Assembly (NCBI GenBank): GCA_963755825.1
Contig: CAVWLA010000003.1
Location: 1,088,940-1,152,939, forward strand
Direction: 5' to 3'
DNA length: 64,000 nt
Origin: an uncultured Acidobacteriota bacterium
GTDB lineage: Bacteria; Acidobacteriota; Thermoanaerobaculia; Multivoradales; UBA5704
Shown here: positions 18,196 to 28,320 of the stretch, one piece after another
How the letters are laid out: each line of letters opens with the position of its first letter
Position numbering within the stretch: the stretch's first letter is position 1
Notes under the pieces: model-generated
The model's input: only the letters and a program-made list of their open reading frames with translations
Told to the model about the DNA's origin: nothing
The model's database searches: none
Position numbers and translations under genes: made by a program

Positions 18196-18495
18196 TCCGG
18201 TTGTCCAGCCCACCGCTCGCCGAACGTGATGCCGCGAAAAAGGGTTAGCTTTGGCCGCGAAGTATTCCACGCTGGTGGGTGACCGTCAACCGCGCCGGCG
18301 CCTCGCTCGACGCTTGAGGCTCGTCGCAAATGTGGGTCCGGTGCGCCGCCCGCACCATTGCGCATGGACGTAGCGTGTGCGCAAGCTGCGGCGGCCCGCC
18401 GGAGCCTTCTCCAGGGCCCCGCCGCCGCGGCCGCGGCGTGCTACCATTGAGCGCAACTGGCGACCAGCAAGAACTTCCGGAGATTTAGAATCGTC

Positions 18496-20757
18496 ATGTC
18501 TCCTCGCCCTGCCGTGCCCGCTCCGACCTCACCCTCCCGAGGCGCTCTCGGAATCGCCCTCGCCCTCGTCGTCGGCGCCGCCGGCGCCGGCCTGGCGCGC
18601 GCCGACTGGCCGTCCTGGCGCGGGCCGCGGCAGGACGGCGTCGCCGCCGATCAGAACCTGATCTCGAGCTGGTCGCCGGCGGGCAAGAACCTGGCGTGGC
18701 GGGCCGACCTCGTCGGCCGCTCGACGCCGGTAGTCTTCGCCGGCCGGGTGTGCGCCACCGGCCGCGCCGGCAGCGGCCTCGACCGCCAGGAGACGGTCGC
18801 CTGCTTCGACGCCGCGAGCGGCAAGAAGCTGTGGGAGCGCCGGCTCGACATCTATCTCACCGCGGTGCCGTTCAGCCGCGTCGGCTGGGGGAACCTGGCG
18901 GCCGATCCGGAGAGCGGCGACATCTACGACCTGGGCGTCGGCGGCCTCCTCGTCTGCTTCAGCCGCGACGGCGACATCCGCTGGTGGCGGTCGTTGACCG
19001 AGGAGTTCGGCCTGATCTCCGGCGTCGGCGGCCGCACCCACTCGCCGCTGGTCGACGAGAACCGCCTCATCGTCAGCTTCGTCAGCATCGGCTGGGGCGA
19101 CCAGGGGCCGCCGCGCCACCGCACCTACGCCTTCGACAAGAAGAGCGGCGAGCTGCTGTGGGTCGCGGCGCCCGGCGAGCTGCCGCAGGACTTCAACACC
19201 CAGACGACACCGGTGGCGGCGGTCATCGGCGGCCAGCGCCTGCTCATCGAGGGCGAAGCCGACGGCTGGGTGCACGCCATCCAGGCGCGCACCGGCGAGC
19301 GGGTCTGGCGCTACCACCTGAGCAAGGGAGCCCTCAACAACACCGTCACCGTGCACGGCGACGAGATCTTCGCCAGCCACGGCGAGGAGAACTTCGACAG
19401 CGGCGCGCAGGGGCGCGTGGTGGCGATCGACGGCCGCGGCAGCGGCGACGTCACCAAGACGCACGAAACCTGGCGCAACGACGACGTGGTGGCGAGCTTC
19501 TCGACCCCGCTCTACCACGACGGCCTGCTCTACCTGGTCGACAACTCCTCGAGCCTCGCCTGCCTCGACGCGGCGAGCGGCAAGATCCTGTGGCGGAAGA
19601 AGATCGGCCGCATCGGCAAGGCCTCGCCGGTGTGGGGCGACGGCAAGCTCTACGTGCCGGAGGCGACCGGCACCTTCACCATCCTCAAGCCCAGCCGCAG
19701 CGGCGCCGAGGTGCTCGACCGCGAGGAGATCCGCCTCGCCGACGGCAGCCGCCCGGCCGAGATCTACTTCTCGCCGGCGATCGCCTACGGCCGCATCTTC
19801 CTGTCGACCGAGGGCGGCCTGTTCAGCCTCGGCGACCGCGCGGCCGGCCTGCGCCCCGACGCCGAGCCGTCGGCCGGCTACCCCGCCGAGAGCGCCGAGA
19901 CGCCGGCGAGCGCCGGCCCCCCGGCCGTCCTCCACGTCGAGCCGGCGGAGGTGATGATCCACCCCGGCGACTCGGTGCGCTTCCGGCTCGCCGCCTTTGA
20001 CGCTCACGGCCGCGCCCTGCCGGCGCCGGCGAGCGCCGCCTGGACCCTCCGCGGCCTCGCCGGCACGGTCGCCGCCGACGGCACCTTCGCCGCCACCCCC
20101 GGCCGCGCCTTCTCGACCGGAGCGGTCGCCGCCGCGGCGGGCGGCCTGCAGGCGGTCGCCCGCGTCCGCGTCGTCCCCGACCTCCCCTGGCAGGAGGACT
20201 TCGAGTCGATCGCGCCCGGCCAGGCGCCCGCCGGCTGGGTCGGCGCGCCCGGCAAGTTCGCCGTCCAGGCGACCGCCGACGGCAAGGTGCTGGTCAAGCC
20301 GCCGGCGCAGCGCGGCCTCGATCGCTCGAACCTCTACATCGGGCAGCCGACGCTGCACGACTACACCGTCGCCGCCGATCTCCTCGGCACCCAGGCGCCC
20401 GAGAAGGCCGTGCCGCGGCCGGACATGGGCCTCATCGCGAGCGGCTACGTCCTCGACCTGCAGGGCATCCACCAGCGCCTGCAGGTGCGCGCCTGGGACA
20501 CCGAGCTGCGGCTGATGGAGCAGACCGATTTTCCCTGGGACGCCAACACCTGGTACACCATGAAGCTCGCGGTCGACACCCGCGGCAAGGAGGGGCTCAT
20601 CCGCGCCAAGGTCTGGCGCCGCGGCGAGCCCGAGCCCGCCGCCTGGACGCTCACCGCCCACGATCCGCACCCGGTGCGCCAGGGCAGCCCCGGGCTCTAC
20701 GGCTACTCGCCGGCCGAGATCCGCTTCGACAACCTGAAAGTGACGGCCAACCCGTGA
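18496..20757 (+). CDS. Secreted PQQ-like beta-propeller repeat protein (BamB-like) with a roughly 300-aa C-terminal non-propeller domain
   Basis: Signal peptide, N-terminal ADWPSWRGPRQDG, repeated 'tgk.lW' blades (ASGKKLWERRL, KSGELLWVAA, RTGERVWRYH, ASGKILWRKK). The C-terminal ~300 aa are Ala-rich and non-repetitive. Confidence 0.8.
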   Translation: MSPRPAVPAPTSPSRGALGIALALVVGAAGAGLARADWPSWRGPRQDGVAADQNLISSWSPAGKNLAWRADLVGRSTPVVFAGRVCATGRAGSGLDRQETVACFDAASGKKLWERRLDIYLTAVPFSRVGWGNLAADPESGDIYDLGVGGLLVCFSRDGDIRWWRSLTEEFGLISGVGGRTHSPLVDENRLIVSFVSIGWGDQGPPRHRTYAFDKKSGELLWVAAPGELPQDFNTQTTPVAAVIGGQRLLIEGEADGWVHAIQARTGERVWRYHLSKGALNNTVTVHGDEIFASHGEENFDSGAQGRVVAIDGRGSGDVTKTHETWRNDDVVASFSTPLYHDGLLYLVDNSSSLACLDAASGKILWRKKIGRIGKASPVWGDGKLYVPEATGTFTILKPSRSGAEVLDREEIRLADGSRPAEIYFSPAIAYGRIFLSTEGGLFSLGDRAAGLRPDAEPSAGYPAESAETPASAGPPAVLHVEPAEVMIHPGDSVRFRLAAFDAHGRALPAPASAAWTLRGLAGTVAADGTFAATPGRAFSTGAVAAAAGGLQAVARVRVVPDLPWQEDFESIAPGQAPAGWVGAPGKFAVQATADGKVLVKPPAQRGLDRSNLYIGQPTLHDYTVAADLLGTQAPEKAVPRPDMGLIASGYVLDLQGIHQRLQVRAWDTELRLMEQTDFPWDANTWYTMKLAVDTRGKEGLIRAKVWRRGEPEPAAWTLTAHDPHPVRQGSPGLYGYSPAEIRFDNLKVTANP

Positions 20758-22226
20758 CGACGAGGCCGCGAGCCGCGCTCCTCCTCTCCCTCCTGCTGGC
20801 GGCGGCGAGCGCCGCCGCCGGCGATCCGCCCGCCGACCACGGAATGTTCGGCGGCACCCCATCCCGCAACATGGCGTCGGACGAGAAGGGGCTCCCCACC
20901 CGCTTCGACCCGGCGACGGGCTTGAACATCAAGTGGGCGGTGGACCTCGGCTCGCAGAGCTACGGCGGCCCGGTGGTCGCCGGCGGCAAGGTCTTCGTGG
21001 GCACCAACAACGAGGGGCACAAGAACCCCAAGATCGTCGGCGATCGCGGCGTCATCATGGCCTTCGACGCCGCCGACGGCCGCTTCCTCTGGCAGGCCAC
21101 CCACGACAAGCTGAGCGCCGGCAAGGTCAACGACTGGCCGCTGCAGGGCATCTGCTCGACGCCGGCGATCGAGGGCGACCGCCTCTACTACGTCTCCAAC
21201 CGCGACGAGCTGATCTGCGCCGACACCGAGGGCTTCCGCGACGGCAAGAACGACGGTCCCTTCACCGCCGAGACCGACGCCGGCGAGACCGGCGCCGACT
21301 TCATCTGGAAGCTCGACCTCATCAGCACCTTCCACGTCTATCCCCACAACCAGTCGGCGAGCAGCCCGCTGGTGATCGGCGACCTCGTCTACATCGTCAC
21401 CGGCAACGGCGTCGACGAGGGGCACATCAACGTCCCGTCGCCCCAGGCGCCGAGCTTCATCGCCGTCGACAAGGCGACCGGCAAGGTGGCATGGACGAGC
21501 GCGCTGCCCGGCGAGCACATCCTCCACGGCCAGTGGTCGAGCCCGTCGTACGGCGTCCTCGACGGCCGGCCGCAGGTGCTCTTCGGCGGCGGCGACGGCT
21601 GGCTCTACGCCCTCGAGCCGAAGACCGGCAAGCTGCTCTGGAAGTTCAACTGCAATCCCAAGGACGCCGTCTACACGATCGGTCCCGGCTCGACCAAAAA
21701 CAACATCATGGCGATGCCGGTCATCCTGGGCGACATGGTCTACATCGCGGTCGGCGAGGACCCCGAGCACGGCGAGGGGATCGGCCACCTCTGGGCGCTG
21801 CGCCCGCGCGGCCTCGGCGACCTCACCGACAAGGCGGTGGTCTGGCATCGCGACGGCGAGGCGTTCCATCGCAGCCTGTCGACGGTCGCCGTCGCCGACG
21901 GCCTGCTCTTCACCGCCGACTTCTCCGGCTATGTCTACTGCCTCGACGCCGCCACCGGCCAGCTCTATTGGATCTACAACTCCTTCGGCGCCATCTGGGG
22001 CTCGCCGATGGTCGCCGACGGCAAGGTCTACATCGGCAACGAGGACGGCGACGTCGCCGTGCTGCGCGCGGCGCGCAAGCTCGAGGTGCTCCACAAAGTC
22101 AACATGGGGAGCGCCGTCTACAGCACCGTGGTGGCGAAGAAGGGCGTCCTCTACATCACCGCGCGGTCGAAGCTCTTCGCCATCGCCGAGGGGATCCCGG
22201 CGCACCCCGCGGCTCCGCCGCACTAG
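20754..22226 (+). CDS. Secreted PQQ-like beta-propeller repeat protein (BamB-like); paralog of the gene at 49929
   Basis: Signal peptide, GGKVFVGTNNEG, repeated blades (ADGRFLWQA, ATGKVAWTS, KTGKLLWKF, ATGQLYWIY). ATGA overlap with the upstream gene. Confidence 0.8.
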   Translation: MTTRPRAALLLSLLLAAASAAAGDPPADHGMFGGTPSRNMASDEKGLPTRFDPATGLNIKWAVDLGSQSYGGPVVAGGKVFVGTNNEGHKNPKIVGDRGVIMAFDAADGRFLWQATHDKLSAGKVNDWPLQGICSTPAIEGDRLYYVSNRDELICADTEGFRDGKNDGPFTAETDAGETGADFIWKLDLISTFHVYPHNQSASSPLVIGDLVYIVTGNGVDEGHINVPSPQAPSFIAVDKATGKVAWTSALPGEHILHGQWSSPSYGVLDGRPQVLFGGGDGWLYALEPKTGKLLWKFNCNPKDAVYTIGPGSTKNNIMAMPVILGDMVYIAVGEDPEHGEGIGHLWALRPRGLGDLTDKAVVWHRDGEAFHRSLSTVAVADGLLFTADFSGYVYCLDAATGQLYWIYNSFGAIWGSPMVADGKVYIGNEDGDVAVLRAARKLEVLHKVNMGSAVYSTVVAKKGVLYITARSKLFAIAEGIPAHPAAPPH

Positions 22227-22257
22227 CGGCCTGCACCGGATCGATCCGCGGAGCACC

Positions 22258-23406
22258 TTGGCCGACGCGCGCTTTGAGCCCGAGGGCAGCTGGCGGTCGG
22301 AGCTCGGCGGCATCGAGATCGTCTTCGGCGCCGGCGCCGTCGATCGCCTCGGCGCTCTGGCGCGAGAGGTCGGCGGCCGTCGCGTCCTCCTGGTGACCGA
22401 TCCCGGCCTCCGCGCCGCCGGCCATGCCGACCGCGCCGCCGCGGCGATCGCCGCCCACGATTTCGAGGTTTCGATCTTCGACCGGGTGGGCGAGAACCCG
22501 ACCACCGACGAGGTCGACGATGGGCGCGCCGCCGCCGCCGCGCTGCGGCCCGATCTCCTCGTCGCGCTCGGCGGCGGCAGCGCCATGGACTGCGCCAAGG
22601 GGATCAATCTCCTGCTCACCAACGGCGGCCGCATGGCGGACTACCGCGGCCTCGGCCGCGCGGCGAAGCCGCTGCTGCCGGCGATCGGCGTGCCGACCAC
22701 CGCCGGCACCGGCAGCGAGGCGCAGTCGTTCGCCCTCATCTCCGACGCCACGACGCACGAGAAGATGGCCTGCGGCGACCGCCAGGCACGCTTTCGGCTG
22801 GTCGTCCTCGACCCCGAGCTGGCGGCCTCCGCGCCGCCTCGCGTGCGCGCCGCCGCCGGGCTCGACGCGCTCTCGCACGCCGTCGAGAGCCACGTCTGCC
22901 GGCGCGCCAATCCGATCTCCCGCCTGCTCTCGCGCCACGCCTGGCGGCTCCTCGCCGACAACCTGGAGGCGACCTGGCGCGACCCTGCCGCGGCCGATCT
23001 CGAAGCGCTCGGCGCCGCGCTCCTCGGCGCCCACCTCGCCGGTGCCGCGGTCGAGCTCTCGATGCTCGGCGCCGCGCACGCCGGCGCCAACCCGCTCACC
23101 GCGCGTTACGGCATCGCGCACGGCATCGCGGTAGCCCTGCTCTTGCCTCATGTGGTACGTTTCAACGGCTCTTTTCACGAGGCGCTCTACATGGATCTCG
23201 CGGGTCAGTCAGCACCGGACATCGCACACCGGATCGAGCAGCTTCGAGCCTCGGCAGGCCTCCCCGAACGACTCCGCGACGTCGCTGTAGCAAGCGCTGC
23301 GCTGGCTGAAATGGCCGGCGACGCGGCGCGCCAGTGGACCGCATCCTTCAATCCGCGGCCGGTCTCGCCGGCCGATCTGTTACAGATTTATGAGCAAGCT
23401 TTTTAG
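22258..23406 (+). CDS. Iron-containing (group III) alcohol dehydrogenase family protein
   Basis: Fe-ADH GGGSxxD motif LVALGGGSAMDCAKG and His-rich metal site (LDALSHAVESH ... HGIAHGIAVALL). TTG start inferred (382 aa); there is no in-frame ATG upstream of the motif. Confidence 0.75.
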   Translation: MADARFEPEGSWRSELGGIEIVFGAGAVDRLGALAREVGGRRVLLVTDPGLRAAGHADRAAAAIAAHDFEVSIFDRVGENPTTDEVDDGRAAAAALRPDLLVALGGGSAMDCAKGINLLLTNGGRMADYRGLGRAAKPLLPAIGVPTTAGTGSEAQSFALISDATTHEKMACGDRQARFRLVVLDPELAASAPPRVRAAAGLDALSHAVESHVCRRANPISRLLSRHAWRLLADNLEATWRDPAAADLEALGAALLGAHLAGAAVELSMLGAAHAGANPLTARYGIAHGIAVALLLPHVVRFNGSFHEALYMDLAGQSAPDIAHRIEQLRASAGLPERLRDVAVASAALAEMAGDAARQWTASFNPRPVSPADLLQIYEQAF

Positions 23407-23507
23407 ACGCTCATGCGCCGGGATCCCTTGCCGTGTATCGCTTTCGCCGAGGCCGGCGGCTGGCCCGCCGCCAGTCGACGCCGGCGCTCCGAGAACGGAG
23501 TGGATGT

Positions 23508-24846
23508 ATGACTGAGCCGTCCCTCCAGCCCGCCAACCTGCCGCCGCCGATCGAGCCCGCCACCGTCGGCAGCCTGTTCGTCGCCAACTATCCGCCCTTC
23601 TCGTTCTGGGATTCGGCGGCGCTGCCGGAGATCCATGCGGCGCTCGCCAGCGCCGCCCGCCCGGATGTGCCTCTGGGCCTATACCTTCATATTCCATTCT
23701 GTCGCAAGCGCTGCAAGTTCTGCTACTTCCGGGTCTTCACCGAGATGGACGCGGCGCGCATCGAACCGTTATCTCGACGCCGTCGTGCGCGAGGTCGAGG
23801 CCTACGCCGCGCTGCCGGCGACCGGCGCGCGGCCGCTCCGCTTCGTCTACTTCGGCGGCGGCACGCCGTCGCTGCTCTCCGTCCACCAGCTCAACGGCCT
23901 CTTCAACCGCCTGCGCCGGGTGATGCCGTGGGACGGCGCCGAGGAGATCACCTTCGAGTGCGAGCCCGGCACCCTGACCGAGCCGAAGGTCAAGGCGATC
24001 CGCGCCATGGGCATCACCAGGCTCTCGCTCGGGGTGGAGAACTTCAACGACGCCATCCTCAAGGAGAACGGCCGCGCCCATCTCTCGGCCGAGATCTACC
24101 GCGTCATGCCATGGATCCAGGCGGCCGGCTTCGACCAGCTCAACATCGACCTCATCGCGGGGATGGTCGGCGAGACCTGGGAGACCTGGAAGGAGAGCGT
24201 GCAGCGGGCGATCGACCTGGGGCCGGACAGCGTCACCATCTACCAGCTCGAGCTCCCCTACAACACGGTCTTCTCGCAGAGCCTGCTCAAGGACGCCGCG
24301 GCGCTGCCGGTCGCCGACTGGGAGACCAAGCGCGCCTGGCACCAGCACGCCTTCGAGCAGCTCGCCGGCGCCGGCTACGCGATGTCGAGCGCCTACACCA
24401 TGGTGCGCAAGGACAGGCCCTGCCGCTTCGTCTACCGCGACTCGGTCTGGCACGGCTGCGACCTGCTGGGCGTCGGGCTGTCGTCGTTCTCGCACGTCAA
24501 CGGCACCCACTTCCAGAACGTCGCGTCGTGGAACGGCTACCTCGACGAGGTGGAGGCCGGGCGGCTGCCGCTCGACCGCGGCTGCCTGCCGAGCGTCTAC
24601 GAGCGGATGACGCGGGAGATGATCCTGCAGCTCAAGATGGGCCGCCTCGACGCCGCCTACTTCCGCTCCAAGTTCGGCGTCGACGTGCTCGCCGACTTCG
24701 CGCCCGCCTGGGAGCGCCTCGAGCGCGAGGGGATGCTGGAGATGCGCGGCGCCGGCGCCGAGCTCACCCGCACCGGGCTGCTGCGCGTCGACATGCTTCT
24801 CCCCGAGTTCTACGACGAGCGCTATCGCAACGCGCGCTACACCTGA
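23508..24846 (+). pseudogene. HemN/HemW-like radical SAM enzyme (oxygen-independent coproporphyrinogen-III oxidase family) interrupted by a 1-nt frameshift near 23764
   Basis: The N-terminus sits in one frame: LYLHIPFCRKRCKFCYF (CX3CX2C) ...EMDAARIE up to about 23765. The rest sits in a second frame: NRYLDAVVREVE..., FVYFGGGTPSLLS. Both halves are HemN-like, and the switch lies within 23763-23766. Confidence 0.7.
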
Positions 24847-24868
24847 TCGCCGGCCGGGAACCGAAGCG

Positions 24869-26167
24869 GTGTCGCCTGCGTCCAGTCTCCGATCCCCGGC
24901 GCCGCGGCGTTCGCCGAGGTGGTACCGGAGCGCCCTCGCGACGCTCCTCGCCGCCGGGACGCTCTCCGCGGCGCTCGCCCGCGCCGCCGACTGGCCGCAG
25001 TTCCGCGGCCCGCGGCGCGATGGCATCTCGAGCGAGACGCCGCTCCTCAAGAGCTGGCCGGAGAGCGGACCGCGGGTGCTCTGGAAGGTGCCGCTCGGCG
25101 AGGGCTTCTCCCACCTGACCGTCGTCGGCGACCGCCTCTACACCCTCTACGGGAGCGGCGGCGACGAGCTGCTCGCCGGCTTCGACGCCGCCACCGGCCG
25201 CCGCCTGTGGGCGACGCGGCTCGACGCCAAGCTCGACAACGATCAGGGCAACGGTCCGCGCGCCACCCCCACCTACGACGGCGGCCTGCTCTTCGCGCTC
25301 GGCGCCAAGGGCCGCCTGCTGGCGGCCGACGCCGCCACCGGCAGGACGGTCTGGCAGCACGACCTGGCGCGCGAGTTCGAGGCGCAGAGCCCGACCTGGG
25401 GCATCTCCAGCTCGCCGCTCGTCGAGGAGAAGCTGCTGCTCGTCGCCGTCGGCGGCACTCACGGCCGCTCGCTGATGGCCTTCGACAAGCGGGACGGCCG
25501 CGTCGCCTGGGCGGCGCAGGACGACCCGGCGGGCTACGCCGCCCCCATCGCCTTCACCGCCGCCAACCACCGGCAGGCCGTCTTCCTCACCGCCAAGTCG
25601 CTCCTCGCGGTGGCGCCCGGCGACGGCCGGCTGCTCTGGCGGACCCCCTGGGAAACCTCGCTCGACGCCAACGCCGCGACGCCGATCTTCCTCGCCCCCG
25701 ACCGCGTCTTCGTCTCCTCGGGATTCGACACCGGCGCCGCGGTCTTCCGGCTGCGCAGCGATGCCGCGGGCGGCGTCGCCCTCGAGACGGTGTGGAAGAG
25801 CCGCGTGCTGAAGAACCAGTTCAGCTCGTCGGTCCTCGACGGCGACTTCCTCTACGGCTTCGACAACGGCACCCTGAAGTGCGTCGACGCCCGCACCGGC
25901 GCCGAGAGGTGGAAGCAGCGCGGGCTGGGGATCGGCTCGCTGATCCTCGCCGACGGCGTCCTGGTGATCCTCTCCGACAGCGGCCGCCTGGTGCTCGCCG
26001 ACGTCACCCCCGAGAGCTACGTCGAGCGCGCCAGCTTCCAGGCGATGAGCGGGCGCTGCTGGACGGCGCCGAGCCTCGCCGACGGCGTCCTCTACCTGCG
26101 CAACGAGAGCATCATGCTGGCGCTCTCGCTGCGCCCTTCTCCCAAGGGAGATCCCAAGGGTGCTTGA
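24869..26167 (+). CDS. Secreted PQQ-like beta-propeller repeat protein (BamB-like); paralog of the gene at 47244
   Basis: ADWPQFRGPRRDG N-terminus and blades (ATGRRLWATR, ATGRTVWQHD, RDGRVAWAAQ, GDGRLLWRTPW, RTGAERWKQR). Confidence 0.8.
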   Translation: MSPASSLRSPAPRRSPRWYRSALATLLAAGTLSAALARAADWPQFRGPRRDGISSETPLLKSWPESGPRVLWKVPLGEGFSHLTVVGDRLYTLYGSGGDELLAGFDAATGRRLWATRLDAKLDNDQGNGPRATPTYDGGLLFALGAKGRLLAADAATGRTVWQHDLAREFEAQSPTWGISSSPLVEEKLLLVAVGGTHGRSLMAFDKRDGRVAWAAQDDPAGYAAPIAFTAANHRQAVFLTAKSLLAVAPGDGRLLWRTPWETSLDANAATPIFLAPDRVFVSSGFDTGAAVFRLRSDAAGGVALETVWKSRVLKNQFSSSVLDGDFLYGFDNGTLKCVDARTGAERWKQRGLGIGSLILADGVLVILSDSGRLVLADVTPESYVERASFQAMSGRCWTAPSLADGVLYLRNESIMLALSLRPSPKGDPKGA

Positions 26168-28316
26168 ACGCCGTGTCATCGCCGCCGTCGCCGTGCTTCT
26201 GCTCTGCCTGGGCCTGCCGGCAGCCGCCCAGACGCCGCCTGCCGCGGCGCCGGCACCGCCCGCCGACGAGAAGCCTCCGCTGACGCGCACCCACGAGACC
26301 CTCGACGTCGAAGGCGCGCCGCTCTTCGTTCCCGAGGTCAACACCGTGGCGACCAAGCTGCCGCTCTCGACCCTGAAGACGCCGGCGAGCGTCAGCGTCG
26401 TCACCGCGCCGCTCATCGAGCGGCAGGACGACCGCGTGCTTGGCGATGCTCTCGCGAACGTCAGCGGCGTCAACCCGCAGACCGAGAGCGGCGTCGCCGA
26501 CTACTTCATCCTCCGCGGCTTCGACTCCGAGTCGAGCGGTCTCGTCCTCACCGACGGCGCCCCCGAGCCCGAGGTCACCTTCTACCAGCTCTACAATGTC
26601 GACCGCGTCGAGGTGCTGCGCGGACCGGCGAGCTTCCTCTACGGCGGCAACCCGCTCGCCGGCGCCGTCGACCTGGTGAGCAAGCAGCCCCTCCCCTACG
26701 ATTCGGTGGGGGCGAGCGTCTCGGCCGGCAGCTTCGGGACGAACGAGGGCAAGGCGGACGTCAACTGGAGCAGCCCGAACGACACCGTCGGCCTGCGCGT
26801 GAACGCGCTCTGGGAGACGACGGACGGCTATCGCGACGGCCGCGGCGGCAAGGTGCACGGCGCCAACCCCACACTGGTCTGGCGCCCCGACGGCGAGGAC
26901 ACGGTGACGGTCAGCGCCGAGCGTCTCGACAGCCACTTCAAACCGGATGCCGGCCTGCCCATCCTGCTCGACGGCCAGGTGGCGCCGGTGCCGCTCACCC
27001 GCTCGTACCAGTCGCCCTTCGACACCTCCGACCAGGCGATCGACCGGGCGACCGTCGACTGGCAGCGCAGGTCCGGCGACCTCACCCTCGAGAACAAGCT
27101 CTACTACCGCGGCCTCGACTGGCGCTCGGACGGCACTCTCCTCACCGGCGCCTTCCCCGACCAGACCGGTACCGTCCAGGTGTCGCGCGCGCTGACCCTT
27201 CTCGACGACCGCCAGAAGTTCTGGGGCGACCGCTTCGAGGCGATCTCCGAGCTCGCGACCGGCAGCGTCCACCACCGCCTGCAGACCGGCCTCGAGATCG
27301 CCGGCCGCGACGACGTCTTCACCCTCGACGTCGGCGCGCTGCCGTCGATCAGCCTGCTGGCGCCGGTCGAGACCGCCCAGCAGCCGGTCTTCCTCATCCC
27401 CGGGCAGTCCTCGGCCGGCGACTCGCGGACGCGGATCGTCGCCCCCTACGCGCTCGACCACCTCACCCTTTCGCCGCGCTTCGAGCTCCTCCTCGGCGCC
27501 CGCTTCGACCACTCCGACTACCGAGACCGCGTCTCCGACACCTCGCGCAGCGACTCCCAGCTGTCGCCGTTCGTCGGCGCCGTCTACTCGCTCGGGAAGA
27601 ACGTGTCGCTCTACGCCAACGCCGGCCGCGGCTTCGCCCCGCCGTCGACCCGCGTCGTCGGACCGCAGCGCGCCGAGACCGGCAGCCAGGCCGAGGTGGG
27701 CGCCAAGGGCGAATTCCTCGGCGGCCGCCTGCGCGCCCAGCTGGCGCTCTACGACCTCGACCGGCGCAACATCGCCATCCCCGACGCGAACGGCATCACG
27801 GCGCAGGTCGGCAGCCAGCGCTCGCGCGGCGTCGAGCTCGAGGTCACCGCCGAGCCCCTGCCCGGCCTCTTCGCCCTCCTCATTTACGCCTACGACGACG
27901 CCGTCCTCACCCGCTTCGACGAGAGCGTCCTCGTCGGCTTCTTCCCGCCGACCTTCGCCACCGTCGACCGCACGGGCAACGCGCCCCCGCTCGCCCCCGC
28001 CCACCTCGGCACCCTCTGGCTCAGCCACCCCTTGCCGCGCGGCTTCGAGATCGGCCTCGGCGCCCACTACGCCTCGCGCCAGTTCATCGCCGCCGACAAC
28101 GCCTTCGCCATCCCCAGCGCGCTGACGGCGGAGGCGGCCCTCTCCTACACGGCGCGGCGCTTCAAGCTGCACGTCAACGCCAAGAACCTGACCGACGTCC
28201 GTACCTACACCCGCGGCTTCGGCTCCAGCTCGGTCATCCCGGCGAGCGGCTTCGCCATCTACTCCGGGATCGACTTCCGCTGGGACGCCCCCGCTTCTCG
28301 CAGCGCTGGAAGGTAG
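26160..28316 (+). CDS. TonB-dependent outer-membrane receptor
   Basis: Signal peptide, then a plug domain (VSVVTAPLIERQDDRVLGDALANVSGV, VEVLRGPASFLYGGN), followed by a long beta-barrel with alternating hydrophobic pattern. 718 aa. Confidence 0.8.
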   Translation: MLERRVIAAVAVLLLCLGLPAAAQTPPAAAPAPPADEKPPLTRTHETLDVEGAPLFVPEVNTVATKLPLSTLKTPASVSVVTAPLIERQDDRVLGDALANVSGVNPQTESGVADYFILRGFDSESSGLVLTDGAPEPEVTFYQLYNVDRVEVLRGPASFLYGGNPLAGAVDLVSKQPLPYDSVGASVSAGSFGTNEGKADVNWSSPNDTVGLRVNALWETTDGYRDGRGGKVHGANPTLVWRPDGEDTVTVSAERLDSHFKPDAGLPILLDGQVAPVPLTRSYQSPFDTSDQAIDRATVDWQRRSGDLTLENKLYYRGLDWRSDGTLLTGAFPDQTGTVQVSRALTLLDDRQKFWGDRFEAISELATGSVHHRLQTGLEIAGRDDVFTLDVGALPSISLLAPVETAQQPVFLIPGQSSAGDSRTRIVAPYALDHLTLSPRFELLLGARFDHSDYRDRVSDTSRSDSQLSPFVGAVYSLGKNVSLYANAGRGFAPPSTRVVGPQRAETGSQAEVGAKGEFLGGRLRAQLALYDLDRRNIAIPDANGITAQVGSQRSRGVELEVTAEPLPGLFALLIYAYDDAVLTRFDESVLVGFFPPTFATVDRTGNAPPLAPAHLGTLWLSHPLPRGFEIGLGAHYASRQFIAADNAFAIPSALTAEAALSYTARRFKLHVNAKNLTDVRTYTRGFGSSSVIPASGFAIYSGIDFRWDAPASRSAGR

Positions 28317-28320
28317 AGCC

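Noticed and set aside
23413-23507. 32-codon small ORF upstream of the radical-SAM gene as a possible RiPP precursor
   Set aside because: The radical-SAM enzyme is HemN-like (no SPASM/twitch domain). The small ORF overlaps the likely 5' UTR and the alternative GTG-extended frame of the radical-SAM gene. No leader-peptide-like features.
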